The notes under the pieces: model-generated
Seen by the model: only the letters and a program-made list of their open reading frames with translations
Databases searched by the model: none
What the model was told of the DNA's origin: nothing
DNA from: Escherichia phage vB_EcoS-26175I
DNA: 64,000 nt
Direction: 5' to 3' (one strand)
Sequence record: NC_133255.1
Program-made: the position numbers and the translations under genes
Shown: one piece after another, positions 50,342-59,191 of the stretch
Layout of the letters: every line of letters begins with the position of its first letter
How positions within the stretch are numbered: position 1 is the first letter of the stretch

Positions 50342-50941
50342 TTACACTTCTCCATGTTCTTCTGGATGCGGGGCTTGAGCTTTACTACACTGCTCTTTAC
50401 GATAATTCGCCAAAATTTCAATACGCTTATTGATTTCTTTGCTGTTGAGATAGATATTCTTATTCTCTTTTACCATGTCCTCGATTTCGTCGACAGAGAA
50501 GAACGGAAAGTAAATATCTAGCATCATATCTTCTACAAACTGGTTGTAGGATTCATAGGCTTTCTTGATTTCTTGACCTTTCTCGCAGAATCCGCCAGAG
50601 AACGTATGTCCCATAAGCGTAGCATGTGGATGTACAACCCAACCGTGGCAAGATAGGAAGATTGTGCAGTAAGCAGAAGCACTAGGACCGAGCAGGTGCC
50701 CAATAACCGTTCCACGACAGTTAGCTATTAGGTTAGATAGCTGTGCAGCAGTATCAACGTAACCACCAGGCCCATTAATCATCAGATTAATTTCATCATC
50801 TTCACTAGCCTGCATCAGTATCATTGATAGATCACGATACTCATCCGGTGAGCCTAACTCTTCGTCAAAGAAAAAGGTATACTCATTAGATTGGCGAACA
50901 GTGTGAAACAGGTTAGTCTTTTCTTCTTTCTTATTAGTCAT
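50342..50941 (-). CDS. ClpP-like serine protease
   Basis: 199-aa ORF; LMINGPGGYV resembles the ClpP INSPGG motif. Confidence 0.65.
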   Translation of the reverse strand: MTNKKEEKTNLFHTVRQSNEYTFFFDEELGSPDEYRDLSMILMQASEDDEINLMINGPGGYVDTAAQLSNLIANCRGTVIGHLLGPSASAYCTIFLSCHGWVVHPHATLMGHTFSGGFCEKGQEIKKAYESYNQFVEDMMLDIYFPFFSVDEIEDMVKENKNIYLNSKEINKRIEILANYRKEQCSKAQAPHPEEHGEV

Positions 50942-50953
50942 AGTGATCCTTAA

Positions 50954-51706
50954 TTATCCAACTAGTGGTTCTAGCTCTAAGTCACAGAAGTGGTACACAT
51001 CGGTACGAAGTGCATCAAGTCCATTGAAGGTATTCTCAAATTTATGAGAAATGTATTTTTCAGGAATACCGCTTTCAGACGGATGATCTGTCTCGATGCG
51101 ATACTTATTAGTAATACCAGATTCAACCTTAATAAGTATGGAATCCATATCTAGAGTATTGGTTTCCATGATTAGCTCTCCCTCATTGGGAAAACGCACA
51201 TCGGTAACGATTGCGACGTCTGGGTCGTCTTTATCGATGGATTGCTCCAGAATTATGAGCCAAATGCGTTCATGCACCAGCTGCCTTCCTAACTCAGTAC
51301 CTACAAGCTGTAGCATTTTTCTTGGGGAGATAAATACGCTATACAGCGCATCATCAGCTTGCCCAATTAACTGCTGAGGATCAAGGTATTTTCCTTCAAA
51401 AATCGGCCAAACGTACGAGAAGTCCTCAAACTTATCGATACCATACTTAAACCATACGTCTCTAGCTCGCTCCAATTGAGATTGTGTGACCGTAAACCAT
51501 TGGTCAATCTCTTTTCCCCTGCGCTCTCCCAGAAACTCTGGAGTTACCCCGAGGATTACGGATGCAAGTTCGTAAACGGGTTTAGCAAAACTGTAACGAC
51601 GAGATAAACACGTTGGGAACGTGTCATTACACCAATCAATCATTAATTCTGCAACGGTATCTTTTCCCGCACCAGCCTCACCATGTAAACCGACTAATAC
51701 TGACAT
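50954..51706 (-). CDS. dnk: deoxynucleoside monophosphate kinase
   Basis: 250-aa ORF; P-loop GEAGAGKDT at N-terminus; size as T5 dNMP kinase. Confidence 0.75.
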   Translation of the reverse strand: MSVLVGLHGEAGAGKDTVAELMIDWCNDTFPTCLSRRYSFAKPVYELASVILGVTPEFLGERRGKEIDQWFTVTQSQLERARDVWFKYGIDKFEDFSYVWPIFEGKYLDPQQLIGQADDALYSVFISPRKMLQLVGTELGRQLVHERIWLIILEQSIDKDDPDVAIVTDVRFPNEGELIMETNTLDMDSILIKVESGITNKYRIETDHPSESGIPEKYISHKFENTFNGLDALRTDVYHFCDLELEPLVG

Positions 51707-52059
51707 TAATCTTTCCTATTTGTAATGGGTGGATAATAAACTAAGCAACGTTTTTCTTGTAAATCTTGACGATAGAAGCAAACCATACCGGTCAGTCGTG
51801 AAATGTAAGAGTAAACTGCTTCCTCGCATTTTGCTTTTGCATTCCAATCTTTGTAAGGTACAACAACTACTACGCCATCTTCACCATTTGTAGCTAATTT
51901 CTTTTCGAATTTGAAATCAAAGCTACACGGCTGAAGTCCTTTAGGCCAATCTATATGAGCTTGCTTTAACTCATGGGATGGCTCCGGTTTTATTTCTTCT
52001 GCACAGCCTGTGATTGTGATTGCGGCTGCGAGCAGTACTCCAAGTTTCCAGTTAAACAC
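51706..52059 (-). CDS. outer-membrane spanin lipoprotein (putative)
   Basis: 117-aa ORF; signal peptide with lipobox LAAAITITGC; overlaps 3' end of upstream TM/coiled-coil ORF. Confidence 0.45.
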   Translation of the reverse strand: MFNWKLGVLLAAAITITGCAEEIKPEPSHELKQAHIDWPKGLQPCSFDFKFEKKLATNGEDGVVVVVPYKDWNAKAKCEEAVYSYISRLTGMVCFYRQDLQEKRCLVYYPPITNRKD

Positions 52060-52439
52060 GCTAATCTTTCCTCGAACTCTTTATTCTGCTTTTTAGCAAT
52101 TAATGTTACCAATCCAGGCTTTGCAGCGATAACATCTTGACGACTAAGAGCTTTATCTAACTGCTTAATCTTTTTGTCTAGATCTGCTTGCGAAATATTA
52201 TTCATTGTGAAATACTGGTTCATTCGAGTCTCACGAAGTTCACTCTCAGTTTTCACTTTATTAAGAGAAGTCTCTAGAGTGGAGATCTTTTTAGTCGCAA
52301 CTGCAAGATCACCTGCTAGAGTCTCAACCTTATTAACTAAGTGATAAGCACCGAACCCGATGCCTATCGCTAGACCTGCTCCCAGGATATACCACTTACC
52401 TTGCCATATTCCTGAAAGAAGTTTTTGTATCAAATCCAT
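51990..52439 (-). CDS. inner-membrane spanin (putative)
   Basis: 149-aa ORF; N-terminal TM helix then coiled coil; overlaps lipoprotein gene. Confidence 0.45.
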   Translation of the reverse strand: MDLIQKLLSGIWQGKWYILGAGLAIGIGFGAYHLVNKVETLAGDLAVATKKISTLETSLNKVKTESELRETRMNQYFTMNNISQADLDKKIKQLDKALSRQDVIAAKPGLVTLIAKKQNKEFEERLACLTGNLEYCSQPQSQSQAVQKK

Positions 52440-53094
52440 GTGCTGCTAACCTGTCTTTATCTGATACGGTAATCATATCAGGCTCACCAGTTCCTAGTAC
52501 ACCGAAGATATACTGTTCGAGAACTTGGTGTAAACGGTATAAGTTACTTTCAATTTCCTGCCACGGAATACCTGACTGGTGGAAACGAATGTTTGTCTGA
52601 ATTACGAAGTTACGAACATCATCGTTATCGTTCTTCTTAATACCTTTCACATATGCAATTGGTACGCGCAGTTCAGATAAGATACGTTCTGCTTTAGGTT
52701 TTGCTTCAACCAACATATCTCGCATGGTTTCACGAACATCACCACGATTCTTGTCTAGTAAGTAAGAACGGGCATGTAATCCCATTTCTTCCATTTTATC
52801 AAATACAGCATCGATGTTGAACGTTTTGAAACTGAATGCCGGATGCCAGCAGGACAGCTCATGTAACCAGTAAACTTCACCTGCAATAAACAGCGGATTT
52901 ACTGAGTATTCGAAATCACCACGGAAGGATAAGGAACCTTCACGAAACACCTGACGATTATGAACAATATTCTTTTCTACATCGTCGGTTACTTTTACTA
53001 GCAGCTCTTCAGTTTTACGCTCCCAGACACGATCTGGATCAAATAAACTATTCTGCAAATCGTATACATCATTGAACTTTGAAATGATTCTCAT
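52396..53094 (-). CDS. hypothetical protein
   Basis: 232-aa ORF downstream of an early promoter. Confidence 0.55.
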   Translation of the reverse strand: MRIISKFNDVYDLQNSLFDPDRVWERKTEELLVKVTDDVEKNIVHNRQVFREGSLSFRGDFEYSVNPLFIAGEVYWLHELSCWHPAFSFKTFNIDAVFDKMEEMGLHARSYLLDKNRGDVRETMRDMLVEAKPKAERILSELRVPIAYVKGIKKNDNDDVRNFVIQTNIRFHQSGIPWQEIESNLYRLHQVLEQYIFGVLGTGEPDMITVSDKDRLAAHGFDTKTSFRNMAR

Positions 53095-53125
53095 AAATTA
53101 TCCTTTTGCCTCAATCTATAAACAT

Positions 53126-53154
53126 ATTATACAATACTTGTGGCATCTGAGCAA
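53126..53154 (-). promoter_or_regulatory. sigma70-type early promoter (TTGCTC-17-TATAAT)
   Basis: Minus strand -35 TTGCTC, 17-bp spacer, -10 TATAAT. Confidence 0.7.
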
Positions 53155-53169
53155 CTGAAATTTTATTAC

Positions 53170-53204
53170 AAAAATAGCCCAGTCGCAAAATTGCAGGCTG
53201 GGCT
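53170..53204 (-). terminator. rho-independent terminator
   Basis: Hairpin AGCCCAG..CTGGGCT followed by T-run on minus strand. Confidence 0.6.
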
Positions 53205-53239
53205 TTGTCATTATTATTCTTGCTAGGAGGTGATTATCA

Positions 53240-53629
53240 TCACTCTTGTTTACTTAATTCTCTAGCACGACGTAGCGATCCAGCGGTTCTCCATAGTTTA
53301 ATGTCGTCAACAACTTCTTTGTAGGGAGCAATAGTAAGACCTAGCGGCCCCGCTACCAACAGTCCAAAGAAACCAATTACACGCATGTAAAGCAAGCATT
53401 CTTTGGGAGTCATTGACTGGACAGCCTGTCTTTCCTCAGCACTGTCGAACTCGTGTTCTTGATCGTCTAAACGTAGGTACTTAATAAACCATTCAGCAGA
53501 ATATTCATCCAGATGACGAATAACTGCAATAGCATAGCCTAAACCAATAATAAACCATGCTGCTACAATGAATAAAATAAAGCTCATGATATCTCCAGTT
53601 AAAGTTGAGGTCAGCGACCAACTCACCAC
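53240..53629 (-). CDS. membrane protein
   Basis: 129-aa ORF, two TM helices. Confidence 0.5.
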   Translation of the reverse strand: MVSWSLTSTLTGDIMSFILFIVAAWFIIGLGYAIAVIRHLDEYSAEWFIKYLRLDDQEHEFDSAEERQAVQSMTPKECLLYMRVIGFFGLLVAGPLGLTIAPYKEVVDDIKLWRTAGSLRRARELSKQE

Positions 53630-53703
53630 TTACCGCACTAAGGGGCACGACTCCCTTATCCGTAACAGTTGCAGGTGACGCAACTCGGTCCTACGCGAGT
53701 TCT

Positions 53704-53988
53704 TTACTTGCTCTGCATTTCAGCACGGAACTTTTTCATCTTACGAGTTTTACGGAAGAAGAAATAAGTAGCTACTGGCCCGAACAAGGTGTCCATAATA
53801 AGCATACCTGACATAATGAATTTGAACATCTTTTCATCGTCAAATTCTGCTAATTCTGGCGGACGATATTTGTTTATAACATAAAGAATAACATCTTTAT
53901 TTTTAGAGATATACAGATCATCAATCAGACTGTAAATCGCGACAACTGCACCAATAACAAACCACAAAGCAAATGGAGAGATAATCAT
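53704..53988 (-). CDS. membrane protein
   Basis: 94-aa ORF, two TM helices. Confidence 0.45.
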   Translation of the reverse strand: MIISPFALWFVIGAVVAIYSLIDDLYISKNKDVILYVINKYRPPELAEFDDEKMFKFIMSGMLIMDTLFGPVATYFFFRKTRKMKKFRAEMQSK

Positions 53989-54278
53989 TTAAGATCCTTT
54001 TCGTCAATTAGAATAGTAACAAACAATGGTATACAACCTGGGCACAAATATTTACCAAACTTTTCCATCACATCCCAAAGTGGTAAAGTAATCAGACCAT
54101 TCTTAACTCTAGGATCTGTATACTCAGCTATTCGTTTATTTGCAAAATCAGTAGCTAAATCTGAGTTATGCTCGTAGCTATAATCAGTCCAGAATTTAAC
54201 ATGATCCTTTCTAAGATATTCTAGTACAGCATCAGTTGCTGGAATCTGTACTAGACTGTTGAGATTTAGCTCTTTCAC
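53985..54278 (-). CDS. hypothetical protein
   Basis: 97-aa ORF. Confidence 0.45.
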   Translation of the reverse strand: MKELNLNSLVQIPATDAVLEYLRKDHVKFWTDYSYEHNSDLATDFANKRIAEYTDPRVKNGLITLPLWDVMEKFGKYLCPGCIPLFVTILIDEKDLK

Positions 54279-54729
54279 GTTCTTCTCTCCGACGTTTGCG
54301 TTCTTTCATCATGTAAGCTGCTACAACTTCATGGTAGTAGTCGTTAATGTTACCTTCAGGTAAGAAATGCTTAATCGTTTCTAGCTGGCAGACAACACGG
54401 TAAAGATGTTTATTTGGTAAACATAATTTCATGCCCATAACAAATCCAGAGAAGCCTGGAACACTGAACATGGGTTGGGCTTCTACGTTGCCCTCTGGGT
54501 TGATACTAAGTTCAATCGAGATGCCCATTTTCATGCTATAAAGCTGACAGCCTTCACCATTGCCAAATCTTGACCAAACAGTGAAGTCCTCATCTATCTG
54601 ATCTTGGATTTCTTCGACTGCATGTTTAATTCTAGGGTCTAAATTACTCATCTTCACCTTCAAAGCCGCAGTCATAACGGCAAGTAAAAGAATCAGAACT
54701 ATTAGTACGTTGAGTAGTGATTTCACCAC
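54232..54729 (-). CDS. membrane-anchored protein with basic C-terminus
   Basis: 165-aa ORF, N-terminal TM helix, C-terminal KERKRRREERERAK. Confidence 0.5.
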   Translation of the reverse strand: MVKSLLNVLIVLILLLAVMTAALKVKMSNLDPRIKHAVEEIQDQIDEDFTVWSRFGNGEGCQLYSMKMGISIELSINPEGNVEAQPMFSVPGFSGFVMGMKLCLPNKHLYRVVCQLETIKHFLPEGNINDYYHEVVAAYMMKERKRRREERERAKSQQSSTDSSN

Positions 54730-54949
54730 GTTTACTAACAGTAATAGCCGGAGTAGAGAAGTTTTTATTAGTATAGATTTCTACTTTGCCATTACGTTCT
54801 TTAACATCACGTACTTTACCATATTCGGTGGTAATGCCGTTCTGCTGAACTTTAACATTACCATTTTTCATAGAAACTTTGGTAGATGCCAGAGAACCGA
54901 AACTAACTGCTGAGATTACTAGAGCAATAATAAACTTATTCATCTTCAT
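54644..54949 (-). CDS. secreted/periplasmic small protein
   Basis: ORF 54644..55009 trimmed to internal start MKMNKFIIALVISAVSFGSLAS (signal peptide). Confidence 0.45.
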   Translation of the reverse strand: MKMNKFIIALVISAVSFGSLASTKVSMKNGNVKVQQNGITTEYGKVRDVKERNGKVEIYTNKNFSTPAITVSKRGEITTQRTNSSDSFTCRYDCGFEGEDE

Positions 54950-55217
54950 CGTCCTCTTCACAGTCACGGCATACATCATAATCATTGAAAGAATGTTCGT
55001 GAGCTTCACACCACCAAGAACAAGAATCGCACAAGAAAATTTCTGTTTTCTCTATTGCCTGTCCAAGCAGTTCGTCTGCTTCATCTTCGGTGATTTTCAA
55101 ACTACAAACATCAGCAACACGTTTAACAATCATTTTACCTGCTTCATGATAAGACATACAAGTCCCAACAACATCATGCTCAAGTACGTGAACAGCACAG
55201 TCTAGGCGAGTTTTCAT
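54936..55217 (-). CDS. Cys-rich acidic protein
   Basis: 93-aa ORF; CDSCSWWC...CRDCEEDDEDE; downstream of early promoter. Confidence 0.45.
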   Translation of the reverse strand: MKTRLDCAVHVLEHDVVGTCMSYHEAGKMIVKRVADVCSLKITEDEADELLGQAIEKTEIFLCDSCSWWCEAHEHSFNDYDVCRDCEEDDEDE

Positions 55218-55247
55218 TTCAAAGCCCTCTCATCAATTTATATAAAT

Positions 55248-55276
55248 ATTATATCAAAAGGAGAGGGTTTTAGCAA
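55248..55276 (-). promoter_or_regulatory. sigma70-type early promoter (TTGCTA-17-TATAAT)
   Basis: Minus strand -35 TTGCTA, 17-bp spacer, -10 TATAAT, conserved ATTTATATAAATTGATGAGAGGG downstream. Confidence 0.8.
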
Positions 55277-55293
55277 ATGAATTATTTACGAAA

Positions 55294-55689
55294 TTAGTCG
55301 TAGCACCACCATAACCCACGCTTACGCAGATCATGATCGCGATTATAGTCGTAATTTTCTGGATCTTTCATCACACGATGAAGTTCGCGACGGTTTCCCT
55401 GACGAACCATTTTGTTAGAATGCCACTTAACATTCCTACTAACAGAATCCCACCAGTGCCCATCTTTCTTCTCGTTACGGATGATATTTTCCTGAATCTC
55501 CTTCTCAATTTCATCCCAAGTTTTAGCCCATGCTTCATTGGATCGAACTTGATAATACTTCCACTGCTTACCATCCCTATCCGTGTAGATATACGGAATA
55601 CGGATATTAGTGCTATGAAAATTATAAGTAGAACGATGTGCATCACGCCAGTGACGATCACCAGATTGTTTACGATATGTACGGCTCAT
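55294..55689 (-). CDS. hypothetical basic Trp-rich protein
   Basis: 131-aa ORF. Confidence 0.5.
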   Translation of the reverse strand: MSRTYRKQSGDRHWRDAHRSTYNFHSTNIRIPYIYTDRDGKQWKYYQVRSNEAWAKTWDEIEKEIQENIIRNEKKDGHWWDSVSRNVKWHSNKMVRQGNRRELHRVMKDPENYDYNRDHDLRKRGLWWCYD

Positions 55690-55747
55690 ATTACCTCCAT
55701 TAAGTCTTTTAAATTAACTTAATGTGGGCGAACTTCAAAATATAACA

Positions 55748-55933
55748 TCAGTAATCTCCGTTGTCGTTGTATACTACCCCACTGCTCGGGAGTTCTTCTA
55801 CTGTCACATCCTCGAATTCTATAGAACTTCTATGGTTTCTAGCCAGTTCGATTGCTTCTTCTGCAGTTTCTGCAACGACAATAGCTGTACCACCTAACCA
55901 CAGGCCGCTATAGTTCACTTTAAAAATTTTCAT
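55748..55933 (-). CDS. hypothetical protein
   Basis: 61-aa ORF. Confidence 0.4.
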   Translation of the reverse strand: MKIFKVNYSGLWLGGTAIVVAETAEEAIELARNHRSSIEFEDVTVEELPSSGVVYNDNGDY

Positions 55934-55997
55934 TTCGAAAATCCTACATACAAGAAAACCCCAGACTACCTATTCAATAGCTGGGGTTTATTATTAA

Positions 55998-56297
55998 TTA
56001 GATAATTTCGACAATATCCTGAGTTACAAAACCGTCGAATTCATCAGAGATACCACCTGTAAAGGTGATGCCCATAATCATTGCATCCATCTTTTTAATC
56101 TCCGAGATTTTCATACCTGCTTTACTATTCTTATAGTATTTGCGAGGATTCCCACACATCCAACAAGAACAGATGCAAGGAGTGGTAGTGATAATGCCTA
56201 ACCGCTTAGGACTTTCTTCATGTGGGAAGACTGTCCAATACTTTTTGCGATTGTTTTTCACACGTTGCCGGTGATGGCGTCTTAATGCTCGATCCAC
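55998..56297 (-). CDS. hypothetical protein with Cys cluster
   Basis: 99-aa ORF; CICSCWMCGNPRKYY. Confidence 0.45.
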   Translation of the reverse strand: MDRALRRHHRQRVKNNRKKYWTVFPHEESPKRLGIITTTPCICSCWMCGNPRKYYKNSKAGMKISEIKKMDAMIMGITFTGGISDEFDGFVTQDIVEII

Positions 56298-56378
56298 ACA
56301 TTTCTCCTAAAACTTGGGAGATAAATGGAGTTTGCTCGACTACCTTGCGTAGCTGGGAGAAATCGTATCCAAATCCCA

Positions 56379-56747
56379 TTATATCGCCTGAGTAAATGTA
56401 CGACTAATAACGTCGTTCTGTTGTTCACGCGTCAATGCGTTAAATCGAACAGCATAGCCAGAGACACGGATGGTCAACTGAGGATATTTTTCAGGATGTT
56501 TCTGTGCATCCAAAAGCTGATCACGGCTTAACACATTGACATTTAGGTGCTGACCACCCTCGACTTGAGGAACCACTTCCACATCTACAATGCGAAAGGC
56601 CTCAGGGTCAAAGTGAGGTGTGATACCTTCTAGATCTTCGACTAGAACTTTCTGTTTAAGTTCACCATCTTTAGAATATAGTTGAATGATCTGATTGTTA
56701 TGAACAATGTTAATTACGCCAGACTTAAGACTTTGATATGCTTTCAT
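56379..56747 (-). CDS. autonomous glycyl radical cofactor GrcA/YfiD-like protein
   Basis: 122-aa ORF; C-terminal [12 protein letters not shown]...[35 protein letters not shown] matches my recollection of E. coli GrcA including the RVSGY glycyl-radical motif. Confidence 0.8.
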   Translation of the reverse strand: MKAYQSLKSGVINIVHNNQIIQLYSKDGELKQKVLVEDLEGITPHFDPEAFRIVDVEVVPQVEGGQHLNVNVLSRDQLLDAQKHPEKYPQLTIRVSGYAVRFNALTREQQNDVISRTFTQAI

Positions 56748-57111
56748 TAGATCTCCCTGATGTTAGAATTTGGCTCAGCTTTTTGTTAACCCAGAAGCAA
56801 GATAAAAACTGGAAGGCAGGCTTGCTTATTAAGTGAATACCCGATAATCGCTCGTAGTCCGGCTTGTGGATTGATAGTCCCATTCAGTTTAATAAGCACA
56901 GGAGCTTTGATTTTAACGTTGCGATCTCCTGGTCTGTTGCAACTACGTGATTGCTCACGCTAAGACAATGGCTATCTAAAGTCCTAGCTTCTACATTTAT
57001 ACTCCTGGATAGCATGGAGTTGCAGTCTACTTCCTGCTGTCACGCCCGGCCATTTATAGAATGTGGACTCTCTTCTCAGCAGGATCTGGTACAAAGACCT
57101 GATCCTCTGTT

Positions 57112-57187
57112 TGGTAGTTAGTAGTGGATTTGAACCACTGTAGTCGCCCCGTATGAAGGAGGTGCATAACCACTCTGCCAACTAACT
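57112..57187 (-). tRNA. tRNA with anticodon CAT (Met or Ile2)
   Basis: Hand fold: acceptor AGTTAGT/ACTAACT, T-arm AGTGG-TTCAAAT-CCACT, anticodon loop TTCATAC, CCA encoded. Confidence 0.7.
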
Positions 57188-57193
57188 ATAATT

Positions 57194-57269
57194 TGGTACT
57201 CCGAGTTGGAATCGAACCAACGTTTGACGATTATCGGTCGCCCGTTCTAACCTATTGAACTATCAGAGC
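57194..57269 (-). tRNA. tRNA-Ile (anticodon GAT)
   Basis: Hand fold: acceptor GCTCTGA/TCGGAGT, T-arm GTTGG-TTCGATT-CCAAC, anticodon loop CCGATAA, CCA encoded. Confidence 0.7.
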
Positions 57270-57270
57270 A

Positions 57271-57537
57271 TTAATACGGGTACTTGGCTCTTTTCACTGC
57301 TCTTTCAAATTCTCTAATATGTTCTCTAGAGAGTGCAGATAAATCAAAGGCACAAGATACTAAACGTTCTTTCTTGAAGAATCCTAAATAAAAGGAGGCT
57401 GTTATACATTGCGTAGGTCTAGCAAAGATCTTGTAAACTCCGGATTTAGGGATTCCCATACCCTTTTGATAATTACTGCCATTTGTAGGCCCAGCCATTA
57501 AGTTTTTGGGTACTAAGTCAAAACGTATTTTAATCAT
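57271..57537 (-). CDS. hypothetical protein
   Basis: 88-aa ORF between tRNA genes. Confidence 0.45.
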   Translation of the reverse strand: MIKIRFDLVPKNLMAGPTNGSNYQKGMGIPKSGVYKIFARPTQCITASFYLGFFKKERLVSCAFDLSALSREHIREFERAVKRAKYPY

Positions 57538-57827
57538 CGCATAATATCCAAATAAGATTCATAACGATAGTCTGTTAGGCCTTCCTCCGTCACCGTAACC
57601 TTCACTGGAGGTACCCGACGAACTAAACCATGAATCATCTTGTACTGAATAGACTTAGATGGTTCGTGATCTTTTGGAAATACTTGTTTAACCGTTACTA
57701 CTTTGAAGCCTTCACGAGGTGTTAGCACAACAACTTGATCACCTTCTTTTATTTTCCAAGACTCAGGAAATTCGTAAGTATAGCGTTGACCACCAGTTTG
57801 GAACACGACAGAAAGATAACGTTTCAT
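57534..57827 (-). CDS. hypothetical protein
   Basis: 97-aa ORF downstream of early promoter. Confidence 0.5.
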   Translation of the reverse strand: MKRYLSVVFQTGGQRYTYEFPESWKIKEGDQVVVLTPREGFKVVTVKQVFPKDHEPSKSIQYKMIHGLVRRVPPVKVTVTEEGLTDYRYESYLDIMR

Positions 57828-57857
57828 TTGGTTTCCCTCTCATTAATTTATATAAAT

Positions 57858-57886
57858 ATTATAACAAGAAATAAGAGAGAAGGCAA
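57858..57886 (-). promoter_or_regulatory. sigma70-type early promoter (TTGCCT-17-TATAAT)
   Basis: Minus strand -35 TTGCCT, 17-bp spacer, -10 TATAAT. Confidence 0.7.
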
Positions 57887-57905
57887 ATGAATTTTTTAAA
57901 TTTGA

Positions 57906-57977
57906 TGCTCCCACCAGGAATCGAACCCAGTTCAGATGCTTACAAGGCAACTGCATCGCCAGCAATGCTTTAGGAGC
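57906..57977 (-). tRNA. tRNA-Thr (anticodon TGT)
   Basis: Hand fold: acceptor GCTCCTA/TGGGAGC, T-arm CTGGG-TTCGATT-CCTGG, anticodon loop CTTGTAA; CCA not encoded. Confidence 0.7.
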
Positions 57978-58143
57978 ATTAACCCGTTATTTCAACGGGA
58001 TTTCTTTTTCATATACAGGAGACTTATCAGACATTACTGTCCTAGCCAACTGCTGTAGAAATTCGAAGGAGAGTTTTAAACGTTCTTCACCCAACTCAAC
58101 CTCAACGCACTTCATTTGTTTATCAACCTTTAGCTTTAGATTA

Positions 58144-58365
58144 TCAGCCATCTTCGGATTCTCTTTGCTCAGCTATTGCTAGCCAGTTTGGTAAAAGAAA
58201 CTTCGTACGAAATTCTTCATATGTTTCTTCTGGATGAAAGCTATAACCTTGCTTTTCATCATTTAATAAAACCGAACCGTCTTCCTGTTCATAAGCTCGG
58301 TATGTTTCACCAATAATTAAAACTCGTCTATTAGGATTTTTATTACGAAACTCAAAAACGTGCAT
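58144..58365 (-). CDS. hypothetical protein
   Basis: 73-aa ORF. Confidence 0.45.
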   Translation of the reverse strand: MHVFEFRNKNPNRRVLIIGETYRAYEQEDGSVLLNDEKQGYSFHPEETYEEFRTKFLLPNWLAIAEQRESEDG

Positions 58366-58379
58366 AACGTTTCCTTAAA

Positions 58380-58455
58380 TTGGTGCGGGATACGAGAGTC
58401 GAACTCGTGTCTACTGGTTGGAAGCCAGTTATTCTAGCCACTGAACTAATCACGC
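58380..58455 (-). tRNA. tRNA-Gly (anticodon TCC)
   Basis: Hand fold: T-arm ACGAG-TTCGACT-CTCGT, anticodon stem ACTGG/CCAGT with loop CTTCCAA, CCA encoded; one acceptor mismatch. Confidence 0.7.
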
Positions 58456-58461
58456 ATGAAT

Positions 58462-58537
58462 TGGCTGGAGAAGGAGGAATCGAACCTACCATTAACGGAG
58501 TCAAAGGCCGTTGTGCTAACCGTTACACTACTCTCCA
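58462..58537 (-). tRNA. tRNA-Gln (anticodon TTG)
   Basis: Hand fold: starts with T1 and G73 discriminator as in E. coli tRNA-Gln; anticodon loop CTTTGAC; CCA encoded. Confidence 0.7.
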
Positions 58538-58543
58538 AGTATT

Positions 58544-58619
58544 TGGCTGGGATGCCACGGATCGAACGTGGAACCTTCGGAGTCAGAGGCCGACGATCTG
58601 CCAATTGATCTACATCCCA
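58544..58619 (-). tRNA. tRNA-Gln (anticodon CTG)
   Basis: Hand fold: acceptor TGGGATG/CATCCCA, T-arm CCACG-TTCGATC-CGTGG, anticodon loop CTCTGAC, CCA encoded. Confidence 0.75.
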
Positions 58620-58627
58620 ATAATTTT

Positions 58628-58828
58628 TTATTCTACAGGAACCGTGGCGATTGGATCAGGTTCTTCTAGACGTTTACCATTATGATCAACACGAATAATA
58701 CCACAACCCTCACAGATTACAACAGCACCATAGCCTTCTTTAACTTCGGCTTCTGTAATCAGCCCAGAAAGATCACCAGTATCTTTTCCCCACATATCAA
58801 TGGAACATTCTTTGCAGAAATCAGCCAT
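58628..58828 (-). CDS. small zinc-ribbon-like protein
   Basis: 66-aa ORF; CKEC...CEGC cysteine pairs. Confidence 0.45.
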   Translation of the reverse strand: MADFCKECSIDMWGKDTGDLSGLITEAEVKEGYGAVVICEGCGIIRVDHNGKRLEEPDPIATVPVE

Positions 58829-58852
58829 ATTTTATTTCCCGTTTAAGTTAGT

Positions 58853-58927
58853 TGGTGCATCCTCAGGGAATCGAACCCCGATCGTAAAGTTCGTAGCTTT
58901 ACATTCTTTCCATTGAAATAAGGACGC
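58853..58927 (-). tRNA. tRNA-Arg (anticodon ACG)
   Basis: Hand fold: acceptor GCGTCCT/AGGATGC, T-arm CGGGG-TTCGATT-CCCTG, anticodon stem TAAAG/CTTTA loop CTACGAA, CCA encoded. Confidence 0.7.
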
Positions 58928-58933
58928 AATATT

Positions 58934-59010
58934 TGGGGTGACTAGTGGAATTCGAATCCACATAGGCCTGATTCACAATCAGGATCATTAACCAATTATG
59001 ATATAGCCAC
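58934..59010 (-). tRNA. tRNA-His (anticodon GTG)
   Basis: Hand fold: acceptor GTGGCTA/TAGTCAC, discriminator C73, anticodon stem CCTGA/TCAGG loop TTGTGAA, T-arm GTGGA-TTCGAAT-TCCAC, CCA encoded. Confidence 0.8.
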
Positions 59011-59191
59011 AATTGAAATCTCTAGTTATCCCTTTCGTAGGGGCTAAAGGGCGATACCCATCCTAAAGACTTCAATTGTGGCGGCTCTCCGAAACTCATC
59101 ACACTAACAACTAGTTGATTACTTCTGGATTCTCGCCCAGAAAATTCTCTAGAAAGGTGCACCGTTACTCTTTGAGCCATTGAATATCAAG

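Noticed and set aside
56984-57181. 65-aa minus-strand ORF
   Set aside because: Overlaps the tRNA(CAT) gene at 57112-57187 and has no ribosome-binding site.
58380-58685. 101-aa plus-strand ORF
   Set aside because: Spans three well-folded minus-strand tRNA genes (Gly, Gln, Gln); an artefact of GC-rich tRNA sequence.
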